Part shown: one piece after another, positions 13,802 through 26,764 of the stretch
Layout: each line of letters starts with the position of its first letter
Position numbering within the stretch: position 1 is the first letter of the stretch
Source: Isurus oxyrinchus
Lineage: Eukaryota
Reading direction: 5' to 3'
DNA: 64,000 nt
Assembly (NCBI GenBank): GCA_026770705.1
Contig: JANJGN010000014.1
Location: 123,318,001 to 123,382,000 of the forward strand
Program-made: the position numbers and the translations under genes
Notes under the pieces: model-generated
What the model saw: the letters and a program-made list of their open reading frames with translations, nothing else
What the model was told of the DNA's origin: nothing
Databases searched by the model: none

Positions 13802-14437
13802 TGCCTGAATTTTTCAGGCGGTGAGCGGGCTCAGCGGGAGCAGACGGGGGCGGTCGTGGAGCTGATCGCCACCCGCGATTGGCTGTGCACCGCCATTTAA
13901 GGCCTGCCCAGCATAAGACGTGAGCCGTAGCGCTGAGCGCTACCTTGCTGGTGGGGGGAGGAGAGCAAATCAGAGCCAGCACTCTTTCGTGCATGCACAC
14001 GAAAGAGCCCTTCAATCTCCGAGGCACAGAGCTACCTCGGAGATTATTGCTATTGTAATTAATGAATAAATGGATTAAAAATGTATTTAAACATGTCCCC
14101 TCATGTGACATGTTTTTATACGTAGGAAAAATTATTTATTTAATGAATATAAGCTTTAGGAAATCTCATCCCGCTTGTGGATGAGGTTTCCTAAAAAAAT
14201 GTGAAGGCTACTTGGCCTTTTCACCTGCCCATAACCTTAAGGTTGTATGGGCATCATTAACAATTACATTAGTTACTTCCTTAATAGGATGTTTACATAT
14301 TGTCAGGTGCGCAGCCGACTCTGACATGCATTTGCCAAACGAGACATTGCGAGACAGCATACCTGACGTCATTGCACGTCATTTTACGCGTCGGCATGTT
14401 GGGCCTGCCCCCGCATGCTGACTGAAAAATTCTGCCC
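13802..14437. mobile_element. Non-autonomous PIF/Harbinger-type element, copy 2
   Basis: TIR tgcctgaatttttcag / ctgaaaaattctgccc, TSD ATA, collinear with 56614-57300. Confidence 0.8.
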
Positions 14438-15840
14438 ATAATATCAAGCTGAACAACCTCTCCAGCCCAGAAAAATTAATTTTGTTTGTGTAATGCCAAT
14501 TCTTTTCCCTTATGATAAAAGAAAAAGTTTTTAAGGTAAAAATAATGTTTTTAATATTTCTACTCCTAGTCTCTATGTCCCAATCATTATTTAACTTACT
14601 AAAATTTGCAAAAAAATAAAGGTTAATTAGTACATTCACTTTCTGGTTTGCTGTGTTCAATTTTACTTTAGGAAGTGTGTCACAGCCATACTGTATGTAT
14701 ATAAGAAATTTGTTAAAATTTTGGAGATAAGCTTGAATTTATCTAACAGATAATTTATTTTCATTAGAACAAGGGAGATTAGGAGGAAATCTGATGGACA
14801 TATTCAAAATTGAGAGGCGTTAATGAAGTAAAAGCTATTTTCACTGATTGCTGAATCAGTGACTGGAGAGAGAATTTAAGATCGTGACAAGATTAAATGG
14901 AACGAGTGGGAGTTTTTGTTTACGCAGAGAGTTGTTAGAGCACGGAATGTCTGACCAGGGACAGTGATGGAATCGGGGTCCATAATGTTATTGAATAAAA
15001 ATAATTTATTTTTAATATGAAAATGTAGACATGGAGGAAATCCGACAAAAAGCACTATATGCTATAACATTTTATGACTGCCAATGTGAAAATCATAGTT
15101 TTAAAAAATTTTATATTTTAATTCAAGGATATGCTTTGCACAAGATGTACTGAGCATTAATCTATAAATTCAGAAATGAGAGGAAGCCATTGAGTCAATC
15201 TACCCTAATATGGTTCAGATCTCCCTTCAAGAAGATCCATGACTGGTTATTTTTACCCCTCTGTATTATGGGGGCTTCAAGAAAAGGCTGGTCCAGGGAA
15301 CTAGAATTTCCCTGCATCTTAGAAGTATGAGGGTTAATGGTTTACCCTGTTTGCAGTAGAATGATTTTATGCATTTGTGTAAAAGAAAAAAATTCAGTAG
15401 AATTGTTGCCTGCCAAAAGGGTGAAACTTTAAACCTTAAAATTGCTTTGTGTAAGAGATTTTATATATCTCCTATAGAAGATTCACTTACCCACCATGAC
15501 TTAACACGATGTTCCTTAAAAACAGTAAACTGGACCCTTAATGGCATATCCAAAAAAATGTATGTGTAGATATACATGCACACTAGGCAATCTCTCACGA
15601 TATTGCACACAGGGAACCCAGACCTAGTGTGGTTTCAGGTGAAGCGAGATTCAAAGCTAGGAAATACAGATAATTGGATCAGGATGTGCAAATGTACTTC
15701 AGTCCAATTTTAAAATTATACATTCTTTCCTTAGCATTCTAAATTCCTAGGGACTGCCAATATAAATTTGTCTTAGTGCGCCATTATAGCATAAGTTGAC
15801 AAGGCATAGGAATTTATAATGGAAAAGTTGACTGGAACTT

Positions 15841-15981
15841 NNNNNNNNNNNNNNNNNNNNNNNNNNNNNNNNNNNNNNNNNNNNNNNNNNNNNNNNNNNN
15901 NNNNNNNNNNNNNNNNNNNNNNNNNNNNNNNNNNNNNNNNNNNNNNNNNNNNNNNNNNNNNNNNNNNNNNNNNNNNNNNNN
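15841..15981. other. Assembly gap (141 N)
   Basis: Run of n characters. Confidence 1.
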
Positions 15982-18900
15982 TTGTCCACTTCCTGGAGGT
16001 ACCTAAATTCCTGTGCCGTGATTTTGTCACACCTGTCATCTTTTTTACCACCCACTTTTGGGTAGCACATACCTATAACAAAGTAAGGTAAACTATATCA
16101 ATCCTCCCTTCATAAGTTGTATAGTTACTTTTCCAAATTACATCCACTATGCACTTTCTTCTAAGAGACACTGTAAGGAAGTTTCACTTTTACAACCATT
16201 ACTTTTAAAATGTTTAAGTTCCAGATTTTATTTTTAATACAAAAATCAAGGCTCACTTGTCTGAGGTTCATATTAAAGGCCATCCGTAAAAATGTCCAAA
16301 TTTTGTCTTCAGCGTTTGGGACTGCTGTTCAGCCTTGGAAGGAAATGCCCTGGTTGATTGGGGGCAAAAAAATCCTGACCAACCCATTCATTCAACTGAC
16401 CTGGAACACTCATTTGTTTCAATAGACCTGCCCCTATTTCTGCAGGCATACTCAGCACTGCTGAGCCCTTCAATATCATTTAACTTACTCCGCAAAGTAT
16501 CAGAGGAAAATCTCAATACCATATTATAAGATGAACTTTTGACTTGTTCCGTCACTGTCACTGGCCCCAGTGTTATGCCATCCATGATAGAACAAGTTTA
16601 TTGTTCAGTGCCATTGGAGATCTGCCTATGTTTGTAAACATACTCTTTGTAGTGAAATAATAATTTGTATTTTGGTAGTAGTGATTAGATTTTATAGCAG
16701 AGTATATGCATGCCAAGTAACCTTGTCAAATTGAAAACCTTTAAGTATTTGTTTCCTGTAAGTAGTATTAGTCTTAACATTTATTTTTTAAACTTTAACA
16801 TTTATCAGGTATTTTTTGTTTATATGAACAAGTGTTTATGGCAGCATGATGTTTACAGTGAGAACGCTGCTTTCTGTAGCTGATTTCACAGCCATGTTTG
16901 CTGAAAGTCCCTGAAGCACCAAGTTCTGAATATCATGACCTTATTGAACTGCACCTTTTTCTGAATGACTCCCTTTTAACATTTTGTGTTCACTACTCCA
17001 ACAATGGCAAGCTGTATTTCTATATTTTTTTTATTGCAAGAAGGATTGCAAGATTCTTCACAAGAGAGAAAAGTTAGAGAAATAAATGCTGAGCCATGAT
17101 GGAAGCGGTTCGGGGAATGATCAGTGGCTTGGTCAAGCATTTGGCAGTTGCAAATTTTTTTTTTAAGGGATTTAGAGAAGGTAAGAGTTTTGGAAAGGGA
17201 GTTACAGATTTAAAACTTGCCAGCTGGCATGTATATAAAATGATAGTCCAAAAAGTAAAAAAAAACAGGAAAGGTATAAGGTACAGAAATGAGATGAGGC
17301 CCTGGAGAACTTGAAGGATAAGGCAAGGATTTAAAATTTAAAGACCCAGATTTTTGCATTCAGCATCAACGGAACATCATTCACTGTTCACTTTGCAGAC
17401 AGCCACCCACAAACCTGGGCCATAGAGTGCAAATTTGCTCTAATCTGGTGTCTGTTTCAACGTGACTCCCTCTACAGGGCATATCAAGGAATCCTTAGTG
17501 TGACAATCAGAGCCGAATTTTAACCCCAAAAAGAATGGCTGGGTTTGGGTTGGCTGAGGGGGAGTTAGTCTCAAAAATCTGTTTTCTGACCCAATCCATT
17601 TGCAGCTTTAACTGAAGTTGGAATTTGGGTAGACAACCAACTTGATCAGAGGAGGCTAGTTGGAACTTGAAACATAAATGGGGCTGTGAGCCTCATTGGC
17701 GTGCAGGTTTTAAACTTTGACTGCTGTCAGCCAGGTTTCCCGACTGTTGAGAAACCTGACAACGTCATTGAGGCAAAAGCCTCCTGGATCCAGATGCCTT
17801 CCTGAAAAGCCTCTGCAGTTGCAGTGTTCATCAAGGGAATTGCAGTTTTGTCCCACCGCCAGGCCCTGATCTCTCAACACCATAAGGCCATCCATCCCAC
17901 CCTGCCACCCTTCCTTCCCGTCCCGGCGATCTCTGAACTTCATCCCCCACCCCTGATTGCCAGCGCACTCAATTGACTCTGCCAACCCGATCAACTCCTG
18001 CCCCTGAAATTGGTTTGCCTGCTGCTGTAGCTGTCACTAACCAGCTTCCCACCTGAATGGAGGCCCAGCCTGTCAATCAGTGATACCAGTAACCTGTTGT
18101 GGCATTAGAGCACTATAGTGTGTGCGGGAACCCCAAGTTGTGGTTTACATGTGACTTTCTCACTGACACATTCCCTGCACAGGTCAATAAACACTTTGCA
18201 CATGAGCCTAAACCAGGATATATAAAGCGGAAAATGTAGATTAGATTTAAGTGATGTACAAAAAGTAAAATAATAATCAGGAAGTGCAGATGGAATTAAG
18301 CAAGAGCGATAAGATAGAAAAAGTAGGAAAATTATTTTGGTTTTTGTTTTGCTTTAAATCTCTAGCACTAATTTTCTTATGAGGAAGTGAGTCTGCACAT
18401 TTGTAAAAATAAGTTTTCAGGGCCAAAGAGGTTGTTAAATTGTAATGATCATTTATCATTTTAAAAATTTCCTTACTCCTCAATGCACTAGCACTAATAT
18501 TTTTAGCTGTTGCTTATTGCGGAACTAGTGGTCAGGTACTCTAAATTCACTCTGTTGCATTGATTTTAGTGCGAGTCTATGGACGAGGACTATACCAGCA
18601 CAATCCTGTGGAGGAGCTGGGTGTCTCTGATGGCAGCTTCCAGATTTCCATATTTAACTCCACATTTGGCTGCCAGAAGTTGTTGTTCAATTTATCTCAT
18701 CATAACAGCCAGTGCAGTTATTTACTATGTATCAATCAGTTGATTTTAGTGAACGTACTTCATCAACCCTTTCGTCTGAAGTCAACAAAATTTCCAGAAA
18801 TGTCGTTCATTCATATTGGACATAGGAATTCTTTGATTTTTTTTTTTCATTTTTGGCATGCAATGCTCCATTAATAAATTTTTCAAAGGATCCAAAAGAG

Positions 18901-19674
18901 GTGATCATGCTTAAAGAATATCCTCTTTCACCAAAGTGCCATTTCAATGAATTGGCCAATGAGCAGTTTTGGAATTAATACAATGTAAAATGCATTTTTA
19001 CACTTTCAAACTAAAGTGCATTATTTCATCAAGAGGTTTTATTTAAAATATAAACCTATATTGTGGAATTGCTTTAGACTTGTTTTGTAAAAATTCAGAA
19101 TACATAAAGTATTTGCGATAGAAATATTAATATGATATACACTGAAGGCCTTTTATAACATGAGTACAAAATTGGGGAGATATTCTTGGTGACCCCTGTA
19201 TTGCTGTTGTATATCTTGATTGAAAATAACTAATTGGATGGTAAGCTCTTTTCAATTAGAAGAAAATGGTGTCACAGGAAAGTACTTCCTTTTCTTTAGG
19301 AAAGAGAATTACTTATAATTCCGCAGATTAACCCAATGCAACCGTTATGTTCCAGCCTCAGAAACAGTGAGCTACACCATATTCAACAACAAAATGCTGT
19401 GCATCTGTTCCTTTGACCTAGTATAATTGAGGTCTAAAATTCCCAGGTCATGCCGTAGCTGATTCAGAGTTATACCTCATATCGCACCTTTTTGTTCTAT
19501 TCTGCATAAATATGTGGAAATTTGTTTGAGCACTGTAAGTTCAATAAATAGAAATTGTCTAATTCATAGAATGGTACAGCACAGAAGGAGACCATTTGAA
19601 CCATCTTGTTTGTTTTATTTAAAACAGATATTACCTGCAGAATCTTTACTGTCACCATCCACTTGAATGTTCCT

Positions 19675-20000
19675 TTTTTTTATTTCTTCATGGGATGTGG
19701 GTGTCTGTGGCTAGGCCAGCATTTATTGCCTTCCTAAATGACCTTGTTTAGAGGTCACATGTAGGCCCAACCAGGTAAGGACAACAGATTTCCTCACCTA
19801 AAGGACATTAGTGAACCAGATGGGTTTTTACAACAGTTGACACTGGTTTCGAGGTCATAATCAGACTTTGAATTCCAGATTTTTATTAGATTCAAATTTC
19901 ACCATCTGCTGTGGTGAGATTCAAACCCAGATTCCCAGAGCATTACCCTGGGTCAGTGGGATACTAGTCCAGTGACAATACCACTATGCCACCGCCTCCC
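19675..20000 (-). mobile_element. tRNA-derived SINE (same family as 23605-23885, 55712-56050, 57750-58110)
   Basis: Reverse-complement A box (ccactatgcca) and B box (gattcaaaccc); tail ggctaggccagcatttattgcc. Confidence 0.75.
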
Positions 20001-20644
20001 CACATTCCATGAGCTGTATGATTCCATAACTTACATTCATCATTCCAAAGTCTTTGGTCAAAAGCACAACAATATTTTTAATGTTTTTTTAAAATTCCTT
20101 ACAGATTCAAGGGACAAGTATCATTTGGTTTGTTATATTTTAGGTTTGTTTGCTTGTAATATTATTCTACTGTTGGTTCATTGTACATGTAACATTGAAA
20201 ACATAACTCTTCATCAGACTAAGAAGCGGACTTCAAAAGTGCAAAATTTTAGACGTTGTAGGATCTAGGCCATGTCTAAGTGTTGCAACTGAGAGTTGTA
20301 AAACACACAACATTTTTTTGTACACGCATCAGGCTGTTCTGCATAGATGGGCAACAAGATTGTGGTATTCCTTTGTCTTTTGAGATGCCACTGAAACTTA
20401 ATTTCTTTCCCACAGTCAAGTAAATGATTAGCTTTTTAAAATACATATGGAGTGAAGAAAACAGCAAATTGGCAGCTGTGAGGTGACAGTCTAAGTAAAA
20501 CAAAAGCCAGCATCTCTCTGTTGCAAACATAACTAGTCATTTTCTGTTGTGGCTTGTCAGCTTTATATAAGTTTGTTAATCATGCAACTGCTGTTTATTG
20601 TATACTGAAATTTTTCTAATACCCTTCCCACCTGTCAAACCCAG

Positions 20645-20740
20645 ACTGTGCATAGTTGGTTGAGTGATGAGGTGTTGGCCAGGTCCTGTTCGAGTACCTC
20701 TGGGCCTGGTGAAATTGGCCTGGAAGAAAAGTGTAAACAG
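20645..20740 (+). CDS. CLASP1: Putative 96-nt cassette exon TVHSWLSDEVLARSCSSTSGPGEIGLEEKCKQ between DVRK and AAQ
   Basis: CTAAT branch-like motif 20616-20620, pyrimidine tract, ccag acceptor, cag|gtagaa donor. 32 stop-free codons, phase 0/0, in non-repeat sequence. Resembles an insert I recall in teleost Clasp1 isoforms (not verified). Confidence 0.75.
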
Positions 20741-21449
20741 GTAGAAAAATGTTGCACCTACTAATCTCAAGTTGCTTTTTTCCCTGTATCATTGGCTCTT
20801 TTTTTAACTTGGCTGCACAAGGGTCTTGGCCTGACTGACATCTATTTCTGTGTAACAACCATGTGTTTGTTCACTCTACTGTATTGCCAACGGCAGTTGC
20901 CTTCCCATAACTATACAACACACAGGTGGTGGTCTCTGGGAATAAGGTTTGCCTTTTCTTTGCAGTGTTAATAAGTAACATACAGCATTGGCCCTGACAT
21001 GAGGACTGCTGCTTGTAGTGTTGGAATGCATGCTCATCTGTTAACTAATGGATCTAAAAGTGCATTAACACAGTTCTTAAATATATGTTTCTTTGGAACT
21101 TGAAATGTATTCTTTGATATCAATGCAAATTGGATTGGTCCCAGCAAGCTTGTAGTAAACCTATTCTTGTATGTTAAATTTTATCTAAAATGTATAAGCA
21201 TTTTGTGGATAATATGACTGTAATACATCTGATCTTATAACATTGTCCACTTTAGTTGGATGCACCACTCTGTTTATTAATTCTAACAGAATATTAACTT
21301 TTTATTTCAGCGCATTCCTAGCAGATTTATGCATTTGCACTGCATAAGTTTATTATTCTGGTAATTTAAAATCTGTTTAGCTGTTCTGACATGCACGGCT
21401 CCTGAGTTAATTGAATATTAAAAGTTATTGCTACCTTGAATGAATTGCC

Positions 21450-22520
21450 ACATTATAAACTTGTTAACAAAATTGAAGGTCATGGGGTTAGAGAAGAAGT
21501 GGCTGCATGGATATGAAATTGGATGAGGGACAGCGTATTGGTGAGTGGTTGTTTTTAAGACAGGAGGGAAGTGTGCAGTTGTGTCCCCCAGGTGTTATAA
21601 CCCACTGTTCTTTTTGATATATATAATAACCTGGACTTGGGTCACAGGCAATAATTTCAAAGCATGCAGATGATGCAAACCAATGAAGAGGATAGTAATA
21701 GACTTCAGGAGGATATAGACAGACTAGTTAGACACATGGCAAGTGAAACTTAACATACAAGTGTGAGGTTAAGTTGTTTTCATAGGCAAATTAAGGAGGG
21801 GCAGTATGAACTAAATGGTGCAATTTTAAAAGGTGTGCGGGAACAGAGACCTGGCGTTGTATGTACTCCTATCATTGAAGGTGATACGAGGAATTGAGAA
21901 GGCTGTTAAAAAGGCATACGGATCCTTGGATTTATGAGTAGAGTCATAGGGTATAAAAGCAAGCAAGTTAGGCTAAATCTTTATAAAACACTGATTACGA
22001 CCCAGATGGAGTATTGTGCCCAATTATGGAAACCATATTTTAGGAAGGATGTTGAGACCTTATTGAGGATGTAAAGGAGAGTTACTCCAAATGGCACAAG
22101 AGATAAATGTCTTCAGATACCTGAAAAGATTAGAGAAGCTGGTAGTGTTCTGCTTAGAGCAGAGAAATGTAAGAAGAGATTTTTTTTAAGAGGTGTCCAA
22201 CATCATGTATGGCCTTGATAGAGTAAATAAGGAGGAACTGTTTCCAGTGGCAGAAGGGTTAGTAACCAGAGGACACAGATTTCAGATAATTGCTACAAGA
22301 ACCAGAGACGGAACTGGAAAAAGAATTAATCAGTGAATTATGATCAGGGATAGTCAGAAAGGGTGCTGGAAGCAGATTCAATAATGACTTCTAAAGGGAA
22401 TTGGCTAAATACCTAAACAAAAAAAATTGCAAGTCTATGGCAAAGAAGCACAAGAGTGTGTCTAATGGATAACTAAGAGCCAGAACAGGCACAATGGGCT
22501 CAATAACCACCTCCTGTGGT
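21450..22520 (+). mobile_element. CR1-type LINE RT/3' fragment
   Basis: gcagatgatgcaaa (ADD), ctttataaaacactgattacgacccagatggagtattgtg (LYKTLIRPQMEYC), typical 3' tail. Confidence 0.8.
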
Positions 22521-23070
22521 CTGATTATCTGTAGATTACATAGCATATTCTGCTAGGTTTTATGATACACCCATCATATTCTTTGGCATAAATAAAAGCA
22601 GCAAGTACAATTGTAGAATGTTATTTCCATTGAAATTCTGGAAGTGTGCAGTTCATTTGTTTTACCAATGTTCTTAATGTTTGTCCTCTCCAACATCATC
22701 TTCCTCCCACCCCACCGACTTATTTGAAAAAAACACACACAAGAAAATACCAAACACTGACAGTTTAATTTTAAACACAAATTAATCAATAGAATGTCAT
22801 ATAATTGGCTGATCTAAGTGTCATTGTTGTGCTGCTGGGAATACAGCTTAAAAAATGGAAACGGCTTAGAACAGTCTGTTTCAGAACATGACAGCAGACT
22901 ACACGCCCATGTGACTGATTTCAGTAATGCTGTTTGAGTTTAAACTGCAAACTTTTGAGTACTGAACTAGTTGGACTCTAAAGCATAATGCTGTTGGGAA
23001 AATGGCAATCTTGCAGTCTGCTATATAGTTGATGTTTAGTAGTTTGTAGCTTGTAACCCAAATATTCATA

Positions 23071-23165
23071 ACCATGCCCCTTTGAAATGCTGAGCACAGA
23101 TGCAGTGTCCAGAATATATGACCATGCCTGTTTTGAAATGCTGAGCCTAGATATAGTAACCAGAA
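23071..23165. repeat. Short tandem duplication (50-bp period, 2 copies)
   Basis: accatgcc..tttgaaatgctgagc..agat..ccagaa starting at 23071 and 23121. Confidence 0.7.
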
Positions 23166-23383
23166 CACAATCTGCTGCAACTTTTTTTTTTAAAGAGAAG
23201 CCAATAGCCTTCAAATAGTGCAGCAAATGCTGATAAAGGGCATCCAAGGTTTCCATTGGGTGACTGATTTCCAATGGGACTGCTTAGATGTTGCTCTTGG
23301 GTTAATGGGAGTGGCCAGAATTTTTAATGAGTCATTTTAGTTTCCTTTTGTTGTTAATCATTGTTTCTTTCTGTTTTCTACAG

Positions 23384-23527
23384 GCTGCGCAGGTCGTGCT
23401 GATTTCTCTGTTTGAGCTGAATACTCCTGAATTCACTATGTTACTTGGTGCCTTGCCAAAAACATTCCAAGATGGTGCCACCAAGCTCCTTCACAATCAC
23501 TTGAAGAACTCTAGCAACACTAGTGTG
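23384..23527 (+). CDS. CLASP1: CLASP1 coding exon (AAQVVLISLFELNTPEF...KNSSNTSV), end of TOG3
   Basis: Long polypyrimidine tract with cag acceptor, gtactt donor. 144 nt, phase 0/0. Confidence 0.95.
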
Positions 23528-23604
23528 GTACTTGGCTCCTACCATTTTTTAATGCAACCTTTCAATTATAATGGAAAGATAATGTGCATTACTAAAAATA
23601 ACCG

Positions 23605-23885
23605 GGTATGGTAGTGTTGTGGTTGTGGCACTGGATTAGCAACTTGGATGTCATGAGTTAAAATTCCCAAAATAGCAAGTTGAGGAATGGAATTCAATAA
23701 ATCTGAATTTTGGGGCTAATAAAAGAACTGACATATTGTTACAAAAACCAACCTGGTTCACTAATGTCCTTAGAGTACCTGGCCTGGCATGTGACGGCAA
23801 TCCCATGCTACATACTTGACTCCGAATACCTCAGGGCACCTGGGGATGCACGTTAAACACAGCCTGCCTGTGTTGTCCGTATCAC
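23605..23885 (+). mobile_element. tRNA-derived SINE, degenerate
   Basis: ctggttcactaatgtcctt core shared with 57750-58110. Confidence 0.6.
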
Positions 23886-24189
23886 AGGAGCAAATTTTTT
23901 TAAAAGTGCAACAGCCTTACTTTGTCAACTGAACGAGTGGCATGGTTGTAATTTCTACCTGCAGTAAATACCTCCATTATTGGAATTATGGTACTTATCT
24001 GTTTTGGTAAAGAGAACCTGACATGCGTTAGCGCTATAAATGGAAGGGGAAAAGAAATTTGTGATTCTAAAATCCTATTCGATTTCTTCATCTCAAACTT
24101 TAGATATATGTAAGGTATTTGTTTCACCAATCTATATATCTGTCTTCTTCAAATCATGCCATGTACAATAATAGAATTAAGAGTGAATT

Positions 24190-24740
24190 TTAAGCCACAG
24201 CTACATAAGTTGGACCACACCTGGTACTATGTTCAGTTCTGTACACCACACCTTAGAAAGGAAATATTCATTTCAGAGGAAGTGCAATATAGATTTACTG
24301 GAATGATACCTGGACTCCAAGGATTAAATTATAAGGAGTGCTTACACAAAGGGTTGCATTTGCTGGAATTTAGAAGGCTAAGGGGTGATTTAGTTGAAGT
24401 TTTCAAGATATTAAGGGAAACAAATCGAGTACTTGGAGATAAACTATTCCTGCTGTTTGAAGGATCTAGGACTACAGCACATAACTTTAAAGTTAGAACC
24501 AGGTCTTTCAAAGTGTGAAGTTAAGAAACATTTTTACACAAGGGCGGTAAAAGTTGTGAACTCTCTTCCACCAATGGCTGTTAATGCTCAGTCAATTATT
24601 AATTTTAAATCTGAGATTGATAGATTTCTGTTAACCCAAGGTAATAAGGTGTCAGGGGTTGGAATTGGGTCACAGAGCCGCAATTGAATGTTGAAGCAGG
24701 CTGATGGACTAAATGGCCAACTGCTGTTTCTGTGTTCTGA
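24190..24740 (+). mobile_element. CR1-type LINE 3' fragment
   Basis: ORF motifs YYVQFCTPHLRKEI, LEFRRLRGDLVEVFKI. Confidence 0.85.
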
Positions 24741-25014
24741 AGGCTGCGTTTTTGGGCTCAGATCATTTCGTGATCATCCTCTGAAGCCAAAACAAGATTA
24801 GGTTACAGCCTTAAAATTGACATTGGTGTCTGACACATATTTCTGACTTTCCCATTTTGTTTTGTTCAGATATTTTGATCTGAAGACTTTTGTGATTAAT
24901 TGTAACTCAGTTGTTGCAATTTATAAGTGTTGCTCATTTTCTGGTTATTTTAGCTAATATAAGTGGAAGTGCATAATGATTCATATCTCATTAGATTTTC
25001 CGTTCTTCATGCAG

Positions 25015-25121
25015 AGTTCACCTAGCAACACAATGGGACGCACACCTTCACGACACTCCAGCAGCCGAACAAGCCCTCTTACTTCTCCCACAAATTGTTC
25101 GCATGGTGGCCTTTCCCCAAG
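25015..25121 (+). CDS. CLASP1: CLASP1 coding exon (SSPSNTMGRTPSRHSSSRTSPLTSPTNCSHGGLSP-S)
   Basis: gcag acceptor, gtaata donor. 107 nt, phase 0 to 2. Translated by hand; not in the ORF track. Confidence 0.95.
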
Positions 25122-26764
25122 GTAATAAATTATCATTTTTTAATTATCCATTGCAAGTTTATGATGTATTTCTAGTTCCTAGGTAAAATCTGTTATAAAA
25201 ATAATAAATAAAATCCCATCAATTTCCTGGCAGTTCCTTCTCTTTACGGCCTTCAAATGCATAATGAGTCATAAATACCTTCTTCAAACTTTCTTTTCTC
25301 ATTTCATTTTTATTCCATTTGTTGCTCCCTCACCTTGCTGATTTTGAATAGCAGCTATATGTGGTTTCCTAAGATCTGTCCTGTGAGGATCATTTTTGTG
25401 TCAGTAAGTTTGTATCCGGGTCCCACCTTTTCCTTATTTCTGACTGTCCACCGCCACAATGGAATTTGAGGGGGGGGTGGGGGACAGCCTTGGTAATTTC
25501 ATGTAAGAAATGAATCTATGCAAACCTATACAAAGTACCAGATCCTGTCATGTCCTTCCCTTCGTACAATTCAGTCCAGATGTTTTACAACATATTATCC
25601 TATGGTACTGGAGCTCTTGCCGTACCCGCAAAGTGATTTCTGCAATAAATAATGCAAATACCATTGTTTGCAACCCAGTAATGTTGAATGAAAGTGAATA
25701 TGTTTTAAAAATGAGAAGAATCAAGAGTACTCGACAAAAACTGACTGTAAAGGAACCAGTTTTCCTGTGGGCTTTAAACAAATTTCCTGGAGCTGGGTAT
25801 TTCCAGGGACTCATCAAGCTCCAAAACATCCTGAAAAGGGCATAAAGCAAATGCATACACCAAAATTATAATGTATCTCTTTCTTTTCCCTCAATCAAAT
25901 ATTTGTTTTCATTGGTAACCCATCGTGTGCACGAAACTTTCCTATACCACTCCATTACATCATTTCAAAACTGCACTCACTAAAATGACATTTCTAATTC
26001 CTGTTTCATTGTTCCTGCATGAGCTTTTTTTTAAAATAACTTATTTTACATGTTTTTTTTGGTGAGGACATAAACAGATCTGCTGATAAGTACTATTGTC
26101 TTAATGCTATTAACATTGGTATTTCTGGCTTATTGCACATTTTAAAAGCATGGTTCTTGAATAAATTAGCATTATTAACTTTTGGCTACAATGTAATACT
26201 GCTAGTTTGAGGAACCTCTGTGTTAATAGAAACCCAATAACAAAATGGAACACTTCATCTGAAAATAAGTAGTATTGGTCACTGAAAAAACTACTGTAGG
26301 TCACGGAGAAGTTCACCACAATTGTATTGTTCCTGCCAACCTTGTGTAACTAGTGGTAAACAAATCAAAAAGTTGTCTGTTAGTAACTGCTGTGGCTTAT
26401 ATTCACGGTGAAAATAGCTGACATTTTTTATAATGAAAGTGTCTGCATTTGTGTACGTAAAAGTGACGTAGTTATTGTGAATTTGTTGCTTGTCATTCTT
26501 TTTGTACGTGAATGTTAGGCTGTGTCAAAGTATGCATATGTGCTATAACTTGCACAGTAAAAGGACTTGATCACATTTTTTCTGAAGTGTATTTACGATC
26601 CTAACCACCTATAGTGTGCAGTGTTAACTATTTTGGTATCATAAATTGAGGCCTGGAAGTTGAAGAAAGGGAAGGCAGGGGGAGAATTACACTGAGATGC
26701 AGTCTGAGACATTATAGGTGAGGGGGCTTGATACTTGGTGTATGGTAGAGCTTGGGAAGCCACC

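Noticed and set aside
15747-16091. ORFs spanning poly-X
   Set aside because: Artefacts of the N gap.
26519-26529. Possible 11-nt microexon (ttag|gctgtgtcaaa|gtatgc); likewise 5-nt ttcag at 45001-45005
   Set aside because: Not frame-preserving and no supporting homology.
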